In this document: positions 39,586 through 49,860 of the stretch, in pieces
Layout of the letters: every line of letters starts with the position of its first letter
How positions within the stretch are numbered: position 1 is the first letter of the stretch
Assembly: GCA_044237995.1 (NCBI GenBank)
Contig: JBIIED010000001.1
Coordinates: 2,252 to 66,251 of the forward strand
Length of the DNA stretch: 64,000 bases
From: Rubrivivax sp.
GTDB lineage: Bacteria; Pseudomonadota; Gammaproteobacteria; Burkholderiales; Burkholderiaceae_C
Direction of reading: 5' to 3'
Made by a program: the position numbers and the translations under genes
Notes under the pieces: model-generated
What the model was told of the DNA's origin: nothing
Databases searched by the model: none
The model's input: the letters and a program-made list of their open reading frames with translations, nothing else

Positions 39586-41033
39586 AGCATGCGCTGCGCC
39601 ACATCCACTTCGTGGGCATCGGCGGGGCCGGCATGAGCGGCATCGCCGAGATCCTGCACAACCTGGGCTACAAGGTCTCGGGGTCGGACGCGCAGGCCAG
39701 CGCCGTCACGCAGCGCCTGGACGGGCTCGGTGTGGCGGTGCACATCGGTCACGCGGCGACGCACATCGAAGGCGCTCAGGCGGTCGTCACCTCCAGCGCC
39801 GTCAGGGGCGACAACCCCGAGGTGGTGGCGGCGCGCGCCCGGCGCATCCCGGTGGTGGCGCGTGCCGTGCTGCTGGCCGAGCTCATGCGGCTCAAGCAGG
39901 GCATCGCGATTGCGGGCACGCACGGCAAGACCACCACCACATCGCTCGTGGCGAGCGTGCTGGCCGAGGCCGGGCTGGACCCGACCTTCGTCATCGGCGG
40001 CAAGCTCGAGAGCGCGGGCACGAACTCGCGCCTGGGCGCGGGCGAGCACATCGTGGTGGAGGCCGACGAGAGCGACGCGTCGTTCCTGCACCTGAGCCCG
40101 GTGATGAGCGTGGTCACCAACATCGACGCCGACCACATGGACACCTACGGGCACGACCTGTCGCGCCTGCGCACGGTGTTCGTGGACTTCCTCCACCGGC
40201 TGCCCTTCTACGGCCGCGCCATCGTGTGCGTGGATGATCCCGGCGTGCGCGCGATCCTGCCGATGGTCTCGCGCCCGGTGCTCGGCTACGGGCTGGACGA
40301 TTCGGCGCAACTGCGCGCCTGCGCGGTGCAGGCCGAGCCGGGCGGGCGCATGCGCTTCACCGTGCAACAGCGCGATGCGCGCGGCGAGCGCAGCCGGCCC
40401 GATCTCGACGTCACGCTGAACCTGCCGGGCGTGCACAACGTGCGCAATGCCCTGGCCGCCATCGCCGTGGCGCGCGAGTTGGGCGTGGCCGACGAGCCGG
40501 TGGTGCGCGCGCTGGCCGGCTTTGCAGGCGTGGGCCGGCGCTTCCAGCGCCACGGCGAACTGCCTGCCGCCAGCTCAGGGTGCTACACGCTCGTGGACGA
40601 CTACGGCCACCACCCCGTGGAGATGGACGCCGTGCGCGAGGCCGCGCGCGGCGCCTTTCCCGGGCGCCGGCTCGTGCTGGCCTTCCAGCCCCACCGCTAC
40701 ACCCGCACCCGCGACTGCTTCGAGGACTTCGTGGCCGTGATGGGCCGCTTCGACGCGGTGCTGCTGACCGAGGTCTATCCAGCCGGCGAGGCCCCGATCG
40801 TGGCCGCCGACGGCCGGGCGCTGGCGCGCGCGCTGCGCGTGGCCGGCCGGGTCGATCCGCTGTTCGTCGATTCGGTGGAGGCGCTCGCAGCGACGATCCC
40901 TCAGGTGACGCGCGACGGCGATGTCGTGATCACGATGGGCGCGGGCTCCATCGCGGCCGTGCCGCGGCGCCTGGTGGATGCCGGCGGCGCGGTGCCCCGG
41001 CCGGGCCAACCCGTGCAAGGAGGGCAGGCATGA
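39582..41033 (+). CDS. murC: UDP-MurNAc--L-Ala ligase
   Basis: [42 protein letters not shown]. Confidence 0.97.
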   Translation: MKHALRHIHFVGIGGAGMSGIAEILHNLGYKVSGSDAQASAVTQRLDGLGVAVHIGHAATHIEGAQAVVTSSAVRGDNPEVVAARARRIPVVARAVLLAELMRLKQGIAIAGTHGKTTTTSLVASVLAEAGLDPTFVIGGKLESAGTNSRLGAGEHIVVEADESDASFLHLSPVMSVVTNIDADHMDTYGHDLSRLRTVFVDFLHRLPFYGRAIVCVDDPGVRAILPMVSRPVLGYGLDDSAQLRACAVQAEPGGRMRFTVQQRDARGERSRPDLDVTLNLPGVHNVRNALAAIAVARELGVADEPVVRALAGFAGVGRRFQRHGELPAASSGCYTLVDDYGHHPVEMDAVREAARGAFPGRRLVLAFQPHRYTRTRDCFEDFVAVMGRFDAVLLTEVYPAGEAPIVAADGRALARALRVAGRVDPLFVDSVEALAATIPQVTRDGDVVITMGAGSIAAVPRRLVDAGGAVPRPGQPVQGGQA

Positions 41034-42034
41034 GCTCCGCGGTCGACGTCAAGGCGCTGGGCCGCGTGGCCGTGCTCATGGGCGGCTCGAGCGCAGAGCG
41101 CGAGGTGTCGCTGATGTCGGGCACGGGGGTGCTGCAGGCCTTGCGCAGCCAGGGCGTGGACGCGCACGCCTTCGACCCCGCCAGCCAGGAGCTGGGCGAC
41201 CTGCGCCGGGAGCGCTTCGCGCGTGTCTTCATCGCGTTGCACGGCCGCCACGGCGAGGACGGCACGGTGCAGGGCGCGCTCGAGCTGCTGGGCATCCCCT
41301 ACACGGGCTCGGGCGTGCTTGCCAGCGCCATCGCGCTGGACAAGGTCATGACCAAGCGCGTGTGGGCCGCCGAGGGCCTGCCCACCCCGCGCTGGGTGCG
41401 GCTGGAGCCCGGCGAGCAGCCGCGCGAGCGGCTGATGGCCATACCCGATGAGCTGGGCCTGCCGCTCATCGTCAAGCCCCCGCGCGAGGGCTCCTCGATC
41501 GGCGTGACCAAGGTGCAGGGCTACTCCGAGATGGCCCAAGCGGTCCATCTGGCTGCACAATACGACCCCGACGTGCTGTGCGAGGAGTTCATCGACGGTG
41601 TCGAGCTTACGTGCCCGGTTCTGGGCACTGGCGCAGCCGCCTCCGCGCTTCCGGTGGTGCGCATCGAAGCGCCGTCCGGCAACTACGACTTCGAGCACAA
41701 GTACCACTCCGACGCCACCGTCTACCGCTGCCCCAGCGGCCTGTCTGCGCAGGAGGAGGAGGAGGTCCAGCGCTTGACGCTGGCGGCCTACCGGGCCCTC
41801 GGGTGCCGCGGCTGGGGGCGTGCCGACCTGATGCTGCGCACGCGCGACCGGAGCATCTTCCTGCTCGAGATGAACACCTCTCCGGGCATGACGGGGCATT
41901 CGCTCGTGCCGATGTCGGCCCGCGCAGCGGGCATCTCCTACGAGGCGCTTTGCCTGCGCCTGCTGGCCGACGCGGCGCTCGACGCGCCGGCGGCGCGCTC
42001 GCCACGGGTCTCCGCGCCGGGAGGGTCGTCCTGA
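41030..42034 (+). CDS. ddl: D-alanine--D-alanine ligase
   Basis: [48 protein letters not shown]. Confidence 0.96.
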   Translation: MSSAVDVKALGRVAVLMGGSSAEREVSLMSGTGVLQALRSQGVDAHAFDPASQELGDLRRERFARVFIALHGRHGEDGTVQGALELLGIPYTGSGVLASAIALDKVMTKRVWAAEGLPTPRWVRLEPGEQPRERLMAIPDELGLPLIVKPPREGSSIGVTKVQGYSEMAQAVHLAAQYDPDVLCEEFIDGVELTCPVLGTGAAASALPVVRIEAPSGNYDFEHKYHSDATVYRCPSGLSAQEEEEVQRLTLAAYRALGCRGWGRADLMLRTRDRSIFLLEMNTSPGMTGHSLVPMSARAAGISYEALCLRLLADAALDAPAARSPRVSAPGGSS

Positions 42035-42825
42035 TGGCCGCCGCCCTGCCTTCGCCGCTGCCGGCCGATGTGCGGCTGATGAACGCCGTGAGCCTGGGCG
42101 TGGTCATGCTCGCCGGCGGGGTGGTCGTGGTGGCCGGTCTGCTGTGGCTGCTGCGCGCACCGTGGCTTCCGATCCGGGGCATCGAGCTCGAGGGCGAACT
42201 CACGCGCGCCAGCGCCTCAGCCGTGCGCGCCGTGGCGCTGCCGCGTCTGTCGGGCAACCTGCTGGGCCTGGACCTGCAGCAGGCGCGCAGCGCCTTCGAG
42301 TCTGTGCCCTGGGTGCGCCGCGCCGTCGTGCGTCGCGTGTGGCCCGACCGCCTGGCGGTTCGCCTGGAGGAGCACCGTGCGGTGGCGCTCTGGGAGGGCG
42401 ATTCGGCCGTCGAGCGCCTGGTCAACAGCCACGGCGAGGTGTTCGAGGCCAACATCGGCGAGATCGAGGACGAAGGCCTGCCGGTGCTGGCCGGGCCGGC
42501 CGGCACCTCGCAGCGCCTGCTGACGATGCGCGAGCGGCTGCGCGTGGCACTCACGCCGCTGGGCCTGGACGTCGAGCGGCTGCAGCTGTCCGGGCGCGGA
42601 TCGTGGAGCGTGCGGCTGGACAACGACGCCGAGATCGAGCTTGGCCGCGGCAGCGACGAGGAGGTCGTGGCGCGTGCCGAGCGCTTCGTGCGTACCGTGC
42701 CTCAGGTGGCGCGCCATTACGGCGGGCCTTTCGTGCGCGCCGACCTGCGCCACCCCGACGGCTACGCCGTGCGCATCCGCGGCATGACCACCGCCAACGC
42801 GCCCGGCACGGCGCGCAGCAACTGA
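42034..42825 (+). CDS. ftsQ: Cell division protein FtsQ
   Basis: TM plus POTRA segment (VPWVRRAVVRRVWPD), ELGR, DLRHPDGYAV; lies between ddl and ftsA. Confidence 0.94.
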   Translation: MAAALPSPLPADVRLMNAVSLGVVMLAGGVVVVAGLLWLLRAPWLPIRGIELEGELTRASASAVRAVALPRLSGNLLGLDLQQARSAFESVPWVRRAVVRRVWPDRLAVRLEEHRAVALWEGDSAVERLVNSHGEVFEANIGEIEDEGLPVLAGPAGTSQRLLTMRERLRVALTPLGLDVERLQLSGRGSWSVRLDNDAEIELGRGSDEEVVARAERFVRTVPQVARHYGGPFVRADLRHPDGYAVRIRGMTTANAPGTARSN

Positions 42826-42837
42826 CGCAACCCACAG

Positions 42838-44070
42838 ATGGCCAAGGAATACAAGGATCTCGTCGTCGGGCTGGACATCGGCACGGCCAAGGTGATGGTC
42901 GTGGTGGCCGAGATCCTGCCTGGCGGCGAGCTGCGCCTGGCCGGCCTGGGCGTGGCCGGCACGCACGGCCTCAAGCGCGGTGTGGTGGTCAACATCGAGG
43001 CCACGGTGCAGAGCATCCAGCAGGCGCTCAAGGAGGCCGAGATGATGGCCGCCTGCAAGATCTCCCACGTCTACACCGGCATCACCGGCAGCCACATCCG
43101 TGGCCAGAACTCCACCGGCATGGTCATCGTGCGCGACAACCGCGAGGTGAACCCGGCGGATGTCTCTCGTGTGGTGGAGACCGCCAAGGCCATCAACATC
43201 CCCAACGACCAGCGCCTGCTGCTGGTGGAGCCGCAGGAGTTCGTGATCGACGGCCACGAGGTCAAGGAGCCGATCGGCATGAGCGGCAGCCGCCTGGAGG
43301 TCAAGGTCCACATCGTGACCGGCTCGCAGAGCGCGGCGGAGAACATCCTCAAGTGTGTGCGCCGCTGCGGCCTGGAGGTGGAGAGCCTGGTGCTCAACCA
43401 CAGCGCCAGCGCGAACGCCGTGCTCACGCAAGACGAGAAGGAGCTCGGCGTGGCGCTCGTGGACATCGGCGCGGGCACCACCGACGTGCAGATCTACACC
43501 GAGGGCTCGGTGCGCCACACGGCCGTGATCCCGATCGCGGGCGACCTCATCACGAGCGACATCGCCATGGCGCTGCGCACGCCCACGAAGGATGCCGAGG
43601 AGATCAAGGTCGAGCACGGCGTGGCCAAGCAACTGCTGGCCGATCCGGCCGGCCAGGTCGAGGTGCCGGGCCTGGGCGACCGGGCCCCGCGGCTGCTCAG
43701 CCGCCAGGCGCTGTCGGGCGTGATCGAGCCTCGGGTGGAGGAGATCTACACCCTCGTGCACCAGATCATCCGGGACAGCGGCTACGAGGAGCGGCTGTCC
43801 AGCGGCATCGTGCTGTGTGGCGGTGCGGCGGTGATGCCCGGCATGGTCGAGCTTGGGGAGGACATCTTCCTCAAGCCGGTGCGCCGCGGCCTGCCGACCT
43901 ACGCCGGCCCGCTGTCGGACATGGTGGCCAGCCCGCGCTCGGCCACCGTGATGGGGCTGCTCGAGGAGGCGCGCCTGGCGCGCGGGCGCGGCGCCAAGGC
44001 GGCGCGCCAGGCGGGCTCGGTGAAGACGGTGATCACACGGGCCAAGGACTGGATCCTGGGCAATTTCTAG
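42838..44070 (+). CDS. ftsA: Cell division protein FtsA
   Basis: GLDIGTAK, VDIGAGTT, GGAA, C-terminal amphipathic helix KDWILGNF. Confidence 0.97.
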   Translation: MAKEYKDLVVGLDIGTAKVMVVVAEILPGGELRLAGLGVAGTHGLKRGVVVNIEATVQSIQQALKEAEMMAACKISHVYTGITGSHIRGQNSTGMVIVRDNREVNPADVSRVVETAKAINIPNDQRLLLVEPQEFVIDGHEVKEPIGMSGSRLEVKVHIVTGSQSAAENILKCVRRCGLEVESLVLNHSASANAVLTQDEKELGVALVDIGAGTTDVQIYTEGSVRHTAVIPIAGDLITSDIAMALRTPTKDAEEIKVEHGVAKQLLADPAGQVEVPGLGDRAPRLLSRQALSGVIEPRVEEIYTLVHQIIRDSGYEERLSSGIVLCGGAAVMPGMVELGEDIFLKPVRRGLPTYAGPLSDMVASPRSATVMGLLEEARLARGRGAKAARQAGSVKTVITRAKDWILGNF

Positions 44071-44187
44071 CGGGTGGAGACCCACGGTTTCGAAGGGGAC
44101 GGTGCGCAGACAAGGACGTAGGACGGCAGCGCACGGTCCGGGTGATGTGAAGGCAACGGCAACTGCATGGAAAACAAGGAGCACACG

Positions 44188-45474
44188 ATGGCCATCGAGA
44201 TGATCGAGGAGTTCGACCAGGGCACGCGGATCAAGGTGATCGGCGTGGGTGGCGGCGGAGGCAATGCCGTGGCCCACATGATCGACAACGGCGTGCAGGG
44301 CGTCGAGTTCATCGTGGCCAACACCGACGCGCAGGCCCTCAACCGCAGTGCGGCCGGCGCGCTGGTGCAACTGGGCAGCAAGGGCCTGGGCGCAGGCGGC
44401 AAGCCCGAGATCGGGCGCGCGCTGGCCGAGGAGGCGGTGGACCGCATCCGCGAGTCCATCGACGGCGCGCACATGCTCTTCATCACGGCCGGCATGGGCG
44501 GCGGCACCGGCACGGGGGCGGCGAGCATCGTGGCGCGCGTGGCGCGCGAGATGGGCATCCTCACGGTGGGCGTCGTCACCAAGCCCTTCGAGTTCGAGGG
44601 CAACCGGCGCCGTCGCCAGGCCGACCAGGGCGTGGCCGAGCTCGAGGCCAACGTCGATTCGCTGATCGTCATCCTCAACGAGAAGCTGCTCGAGGTGCTG
44701 GGCGACGACGTGACGCAGGAGGCCGCCTTTGCGCAGGCCAACGACGTCCTCAAGAACGCCGTCGGGGGCATCAGCGACATCATCCACATGGACGCCCTGG
44801 TCAACGTCGACTTCGAGGACGTCAAGACCGTGATGAGCGAGCCCGGCAAGGCCATGATGGGCACGGGCTCGGCCGTGGGCCCGGACCGCGCGAAGAAGGC
44901 GGCCGAGGCGGCCGTGGCCTGCCCGCTGCTGGAAGGCATCGATCTGTCGGGTGCCCGCGGCGTGCTCGTGCTGATTGCTGCGTCGCGCACCTCGCTCAAG
45001 CTGCGCGAGAGTCAGATCGCGATGGACACGATCCGCCTGTATGCCGCGGAGGACGCCACCATCATCTTCGGCGCTGCCTTCGACGAGAGCCTGGGCGACA
45101 AGATGCGCGTCACGGTGATCGCCACCGGGCTGGGTGCCTCTGCCGCGCGCCGGGCTCCGGCCGAGCTCACGGTGGTGACGCCCCCCGCGCCGCAGCCGCA
45201 GCCGCTGCAGCGCACCGGCACCTACGACGCCTCGCCCATGGTCGGCAGCGCCGCCGGTGCGGCGCCCACCTCCCCGATCGCGCCGATGGCGCCGGTCGGG
45301 ATGGGTGCCGGCGCAGGCGGCGGCGTGCCCATGGCGGCCCCGATGGCCGCCGACTACGGCGGCATGCAGGTGCCCAGCGTCTGGCGCAGCGCGCGCACCA
45401 AGGTCGAGGCACTGTCGGGCACCGGGATGGACGAGATCGAGATCCCGGCGTTCCTTCGCAAGCAGGCCGACTGA
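44188..45474 (+). CDS. ftsZ: Cell division protein FtsZ
   Basis: IKVIGVGGGGGNAV, GMGGGTGTG, NVDFED, C-terminal EIPAFLRKQAD; AAGGAG RBS. Confidence 0.98.
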   Translation: MAIEMIEEFDQGTRIKVIGVGGGGGNAVAHMIDNGVQGVEFIVANTDAQALNRSAAGALVQLGSKGLGAGGKPEIGRALAEEAVDRIRESIDGAHMLFITAGMGGGTGTGAASIVARVAREMGILTVGVVTKPFEFEGNRRRRQADQGVAELEANVDSLIVILNEKLLEVLGDDVTQEAAFAQANDVLKNAVGGISDIIHMDALVNVDFEDVKTVMSEPGKAMMGTGSAVGPDRAKKAAEAAVACPLLEGIDLSGARGVLVLIAASRTSLKLRESQIAMDTIRLYAAEDATIIFGAAFDESLGDKMRVTVIATGLGASAARRAPAELTVVTPPAPQPQPLQRTGTYDASPMVGSAAGAAPTSPIAPMAPVGMGAGAGGGVPMAAPMAADYGGMQVPSVWRSARTKVEALSGTGMDEIEIPAFLRKQAD

Positions 45475-45595
45475 TCCCCGGGCGCAGGGTTCCGGGGCGC
45501 CTGCGCCGCCGCGTGGCGCCCCGTTGACCCAGCGCGGCCGTCCGGCATGGGCGGCACGCGCGGGGCCGCCGCCGGCGGCGGTGTAGTCTTGTTGG

Positions 45596-46105
45596 ATGCA
45601 GACTCCCATCCCGCCCTCCGGCTCCCCCGGCCGGGCCGACGGGCCGGCACCTGCCGGCACGGCCCAGCCGCTTGCCCGCTACGCCGCCTGGCGCCGGGCG
45701 GGCGACTTCATCTTCCTGTCCGGCGTGATCGCGGTGGAACCCTCCAGCCGCACCATCGTGCGCGGCTACGCCGACATCCCCCCCCACGCGCGCGCCCTGC
45801 TGGGCGAGACGGGCGAGTTCTCCACCGACATCAAGGAAGGGCCGATCCTGGCGCAGAGCTGGTTCGTCCTGGACCGCATCCGCGCCACCGTCGAGGCGGC
45901 TGGCGGGCGCATGCAAGACGTGTTCAAGCTCGTGCAGTACTTCCGCGACCTCGACCACTTTCCCCATTACAGCCGCGTGCGCAAGCACTTCTTCCCGGGC
46001 GAGCCGCCAGCATCGACCGTGGTGGAGGTGAGCGCCATGCTGCCCACGCTCGACATCCTGGTCGAGGTGGAGGCCACGGCCTACGTGCCGCTGCCCCGTT
46101 CCTGA
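45596..46105 (+). CDS. Rid (YjgF/YER057c/UK114) family protein lacking the catalytic Arg
   Basis: RRAGDFIFLSG, DVFKLVQY, PPASTVVEVSAML..LVEVEATA. Confidence 0.85.
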   Translation: MQTPIPPSGSPGRADGPAPAGTAQPLARYAAWRRAGDFIFLSGVIAVEPSSRTIVRGYADIPPHARALLGETGEFSTDIKEGPILAQSWFVLDRIRATVEAAGGRMQDVFKLVQYFRDLDHFPHYSRVRKHFFPGEPPASTVVEVSAMLPTLDILVEVEATAYVPLPRS

Positions 46106-46141
46106 ACCCGCCCCCGCCTCACACTGCGCCCGGAGCCCCCG

Positions 46142-46993
46142 ATGCTGCACGGCTACTGCCCGCCCACGCGCTTCCTGCCCTACCTGAGCTGGACCCAGGT
46201 CGCGGCGCTGCCCGACAAGGCCAACACCGTCATCGTGCTGCCCGCCGGCAGCATCGAGCAGCACGGCCCACACCTTCCCTGCTCGGTGGACACGGCGATC
46301 GCCGCTGGCGTGGTCGGGCACGCGCTGGCCCGGCTGCCCGACTCGGTGCCCGCCTACGCGCTGCCGCCGATCACCTACGGCAAGAGCGAGGAACACCTGC
46401 ACTTTCCCGGCACCGTGACGCTGGACGGCCCGACTCTGATGGAGACGGTGATCCAGATCGGCGAGTCGGTGTACCGCTCGGGCTTTCGCAAGCTGCTGAT
46501 CGTCAACGGCCACGGCGGGCAGCCGCAGGTGATGGAGATGGCCGCGCGCGAGCTGCGCCTGCGCCACGGCGACTACGTCGTCGTGCCGCACTTCACGTGG
46601 CGCGTGCCCCACGTGGCGGGCCGCTACCTGTCGGACAAGGAAAAGCGCCTGGCCATGCATGCCGGCCACGCCGAGACGGCGATCATGATGGCGCTGTCCC
46701 CCGACACCGTGCGCATGGCCCACGCCGTGGCCAACTATCCGCCGGAGTTCCCGTGCCCCACGCTTTCGCCGGACGGCCGGCCGGCGGCCGCCTGGTCGGC
46801 ACGCGACTTCGGCGAGACCGGCGTCATCGGCGACCCCCTGCCCGCCACGCCCGAGCAGGGCCAGGCGATCCTGGACTCCCTGGCCGAAAGCTGGGCCCGC
46901 GGCATCACTGAACTGCACGAGGCGCGCTGGATCGAGCGCGATGCACGCACTTGGGGCAAACTGCACCAAGATGGTGATGTTCTGGGTGGCTGA
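46142..46993 (+). CDS. Creatininase-family amidohydrolase
   Basis: GSIEQHGPHLP..D, GKSEEH..FPGT, NGHGGQ, HAG..ET, GVIGDP..AT.E.G. Confidence 0.9.
   Translation: MLHGYCPPTRFLPYLSWTQVAALPDKANTVIVLPAGSIEQHGPHLPCSVDTAIAAGVVGHALARLPDSVPAYALPPITYGKSEEHLHFPGTVTLDGPTLMETVIQIGESVYRSGFRKLLIVNGHGGQPQVMEMAARELRLRHGDYVVVPHFTWRVPHVAGRYLSDKEKRLAMHAGHAETAIMMALSPDTVRMAHAVANYPPEFPCPTLSPDGRPAAAWSARDFGETGVIGDPLPATPEQGQAILDSLAESWARGITELHEARWIERDARTWGKLHQDGDVLGG
46942..46978. promoter_or_regulatory. Two tandem NtrC-like enhancer sites inside the 3' end of the creatininase gene
   Basis: TGCACGCACTTGGGGCA (46942-46958) and TGCACCAAGATGGTGAT (46962-46978) versus TGCACCA-N3-TGGTGCA; 20 bp apart, about 110 bp upstream of a sigma54 promoter. 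Confidence 0.6.
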
Positions 46994-47085
46994 ACATGTT
47001 CCGGCCCCCCGAAGCCCTGCAGCCGGCCGCCGCGAGCGGCGCGGCCTGCGCGAGGCACCGGGGAGCGGCTGCGCGCGTGCCCTGG

Positions 47086-47101
47086 TGGCACGGGCCTTGC
47101 A
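47086..47101 (+). promoter_or_regulatory. sigma54 (-24/-12) promoter for the ABC importer/deaminase/oxidoreductase operon
   Basis: TGGCACG-GGCC-TTGCA, an exact match to TGGCACG-N4-TTGCW, in an intergenic position. Confidence 0.8.
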
Positions 47102-47177
47102 GTCCACTGCGCGCCCGGGGCCGCCCCGGCGAGGTCTTCCCTTCGTCCCTCCGTCCCTCCCCCTACCAGGAGCGTTC

Positions 47178-48167
47178 ATGTCACCCACCGCACCCCGAAA
47201 AGTCGCCCTGTCGCTGGCCCTGATCCTGGGCGCTGCCTCGGCGCAGGCCCAGGAGAAGTTCAGCTACCTCACCAACTGGTTCGCGCAGGCCGAGCACGGC
47301 GGCTACTACCAGGCGCTGGCCAGCGGGCTTTACAAGAAGGAAGGGCTGGACGTGACGATCCGCATGGGCGGCCCGCAGGTCAACGGCATGCAGCTTCTGG
47401 CAGCCGGGCAGGTCGACTGCTTCATGGGCTACGACGTCCAGACGATGAAGGGCTGGGAGAACGGCATCAACACCGTGACCGTGGCGGCCTCCTTCCAGAA
47501 GGATCCCCAGGTGCTGATCGGCCACCCGGGCGTGGTCAACAAGATGGAAGACCTCAAGGGCAAGACGATCCTCATCTCGAGCGCGGCCAACACCTCCTAC
47601 TGGCCCTGGCTGAAGGCGACCTACGGCCTGCAGGACTCGCAGGCGCGTCCCTACACCTTCAACATCCAGCCCTTCATCGCCGACAAGAACCTCGTGCAGC
47701 AGGGCTACCTCTCGAGCGAGCCCTACGCCATCGAGCAGCAGGCCAAGTTCAAGCCCAGCGTGTTCCTGCTGTCGGACCACGGCTGGCCCCCTTACTCCAC
47801 CACCATCGTGTGCACCGAGAAGACCGTCAAGGAGCGCCCGAAGGCCGTGGCGGCCTTCGTCAAGGCGACGATGGAAGGCTGGAAGAGCTACCTCACGGGT
47901 GACCCGGCGCCTGCCAATGCGCTGATCAAGAAGGACAACCCCAACATGACCGACGACAAGATCGCCCACGGCATCAAGATGCTCAAGGAGACGGGCATGG
48001 TCATGGGTGGCGACGCCGCGAGGATGGGCATCGGCGTGATCACCGACGACCGCATGAAGAAGACCTACGACATGATGGTGGCGATGAAGCTGCTGGACCC
48101 GGCCAAGGTCGACCTCAAGAAGACCTACACGACCGAGTTCGTGCGCAACATCAAGGTCATGCCCTGA
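47178..48167 (+). CDS. ABC transporter substrate-binding protein (NMT1/THI5-like; heterocyclic base ligand)
   Basis: Signal peptide (..ASAQA/QE), TNWFAQAEHGGYYQA..GLY...GLDV.I..GG, QQGYLSSEP; AGGAG RBS. Confidence 0.9.
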   Translation: MSPTAPRKVALSLALILGAASAQAQEKFSYLTNWFAQAEHGGYYQALASGLYKKEGLDVTIRMGGPQVNGMQLLAAGQVDCFMGYDVQTMKGWENGINTVTVAASFQKDPQVLIGHPGVVNKMEDLKGKTILISSAANTSYWPWLKATYGLQDSQARPYTFNIQPFIADKNLVQQGYLSSEPYAIEQQAKFKPSVFLLSDHGWPPYSTTIVCTEKTVKERPKAVAAFVKATMEGWKSYLTGDPAPANALIKKDNPNMTDDKIAHGIKMLKETGMVMGGDAARMGIGVITDDRMKKTYDMMVAMKLLDPAKVDLKKTYTTEFVRNIKVMP

Positions 48168-48179
48168 GGCTGATGCCCG

Positions 48180-48203
48180 CGACGGGCCGATGCCGGCCCG
48201 TCG
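48180..48203 (+). terminator. Intercistronic stem-loop after the substrate-binding protein gene (stabiliser or partial terminator)
   Basis: CGACGGGCCG-ATGC-CGGCCCGTCG, a perfect 10-bp stem. Confidence 0.55.
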
Positions 48204-48222
48204 GCTCCCCCCTTTTGCACCC

Positions 48223-49023
48223 ATGCACATGAGCGACATTCCCGCCGTCGAGGTCCTCTCGGTCGAGAAGACCTACCCGAACGGGACGCAGGCCCTGCTG
48301 CCCGTCAACCTCACCGTGCAGGAGGGGGAGTTCATCACCTTGCTGGGCCCTTCGGGCTGCGGCAAGAGCACGCTGCTGAAGATGGTGGCCGGCCTGCTCG
48401 GGCCGAGCGACGGCCGGCTTCTGCTGTGGCGCAAGCCGGTGGCCGACGTCGAGTCCACCGGGCACCGCCTGAGCTTCGTGTTCCAGGAGGCCACGCTGAT
48501 GCCATGGGCCAGCGTGATGGCCAACGTGCGGCTGCCGCTGGACCTGGCCGGCGTGCCGCGCCCGCAGGCCGAGGCGCGCGTGCGCGCCGCGCTGCTGCTC
48601 GTGGGCCTGGAGAAGTTCGAGACGAACCTGCCACGCGAGCTCTCCGGCGGGATGCAGATGCGCGTATCGATTGCGCGCGGGCTCGTCACCGAGCCCACGC
48701 TGCTGCTGATGGATGAGCCTTTCGGGGCGCTGGACGAGATCACGCGCAACCGGCTGGATGCCGAGCTGCTCGACCTGTGGCGCGGCAAGAAGCTCACCGT
48801 CATCTTCGTCACGCACTCGATCTACGAGGCCGTGTACCTCTCAAACCGCGTCATCGTGATGGCCGCGCGCCCCGGGCGCATCGTCGAGGAGGTGCTCATC
48901 GACGAACCCTATCCGCGCGGGGCCGATTTCCGTGTCTCCACGTCCTTCAGCCAGTACGCCAAGCGCCTGCAGGACAGCCTGCTGCGCGCCAGCGGCACGC
49001 TCGAGGACGAAGCCCTGGCCTGA
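48223..49023 (+). CDS. ABC transporter ATP-binding protein (TauB/SsuB-like)
   Basis: GPSGCGKST, VFQE..LMPW, LSGGMQMR, LLMDEPFGALD, FVTHS. Confidence 0.93.
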   Translation: MHMSDIPAVEVLSVEKTYPNGTQALLPVNLTVQEGEFITLLGPSGCGKSTLLKMVAGLLGPSDGRLLLWRKPVADVESTGHRLSFVFQEATLMPWASVMANVRLPLDLAGVPRPQAEARVRAALLLVGLEKFETNLPRELSGGMQMRVSIARGLVTEPTLLLMDEPFGALDEITRNRLDAELLDLWRGKKLTVIFVTHSIYEAVYLSNRVIVMAARPGRIVEEVLIDEPYPRGADFRVSTSFSQYAKRLQDSLLRASGTLEDEALA

Positions 49024-49077
49024 TCCAGGTGCGTGCGGCGGCGCCGCACCGACCCTGCATGACCTTCCTTCCACGAC

Positions 49078-49860
49078 ATGAAGCCTGAAGTCCAGCGCAT
49101 CGTTTTCCCCGCCCTCGTGGCCATCGTGCTCCTGGCCCTTTGGCAGGGGCTCGTCGTGGCCTTCAAGGTCCCGCACTTCCTGGTCCCGTCGCCCGTGCGC
49201 GTGGCGCAGGTGATGACGGCCGACGCGGGGCTGCTCTTCGGCGCGCTCTACAACACCCTCAAGATCACGGTGCTGTCGTTCCTCGTCGCCGTGGTGCTGG
49301 GCGTGAGCGTGGCCTTCACCTTCGTGCAAAGCCGCATCATCGAAACGGCCCTGTTCCCCTACGCGGTGCTGCTGCAGGTCACGCCGGTGGTGGCGATCGC
49401 CCCGCTCATCATCATCTGGGTGAAGGACCCGACGGCCTCGCTCGTGATCTGCGCCACGCTCGTGGCGCTCTTTCCGATCATCGCCAACACCACGCTCGGG
49501 CTGCGCAGCGTCAACCCGGGGCTGCTGGCCTACTTCAAGCTCAACCGTGCCTCGCGCATGCAAGTGCTGTTTCGCCTGCGCGTACCCTCGGCGCTGCCCT
49601 ACTTCTTCGGCGGCCTGCGCATCAGCTCGGGTCTGGCGCTCATCGGCGCGGTGGTAGCCGAGTTCGTCGCCGGCACGGGCGGCACCGGCACGGGCCTGGC
49701 CTACCAGATCCTGCAGGCGGGCTACCAGCTCAACATCCCGCGCATGTTCGCCGCGCTGCTCTTGATCACGGTCACGGGTGTGCTGCTGTTTGCCGCGATG
49801 TCGATCCTCTCCAAGCGCGCGCTGGGCAGCTGGCACGAGAGCGAGACGGCGCATGACTGA
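49078..49860 (+). CDS. ABC transporter permease (TauC/SsuC-like)
   Basis: LVPSP, QVTPVVAIAPL, EAA-like loop ..LRVPSALPY..GLR, GAVVAEF. Confidence 0.92.
   Translation: MKPEVQRIVFPALVAIVLLALWQGLVVAFKVPHFLVPSPVRVAQVMTADAGLLFGALYNTLKITVLSFLVAVVLGVSVAFTFVQSRIIETALFPYAVLLQVTPVVAIAPLIIIWVKDPTASLVICATLVALFPIIANTTLGLRSVNPGLLAYFKLNRASRMQVLFRLRVPSALPYFFGGLRISSGLALIGAVVAEFVAGTGGTGTGLAYQILQAGYQLNIPRMFAALLLITVTGVLLFAAMSILSKRALGSWHESETAHD

Noticed and set aside
45552-45566. sigma54-like CGGCACG-N4-GGGC upstream of the rid gene
   Set aside because: The -12 half lacks TT and such matches are common in GC-rich DNA; a sigma70 TAGTCT leaderless start fits better
45475-45595. Possible att site or IS end at the left border of the island
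   Set aside because: Only GC-rich hairpins are present; no matching repeat at the right border (56794-56842) and no recombinase gene
42217-45660. 1147-aa antisense ORF over ftsQ-ftsA-ftsZ, and similar long antisense ORFs (e.g. 16398-19370, 11352-13892, 450-2426)
   Set aside because: Shadow ORFs expected from high GC3 codon bias; Arg/Ala/Gly-rich, no recognisable motifs, and fully overlapping well-supported genes
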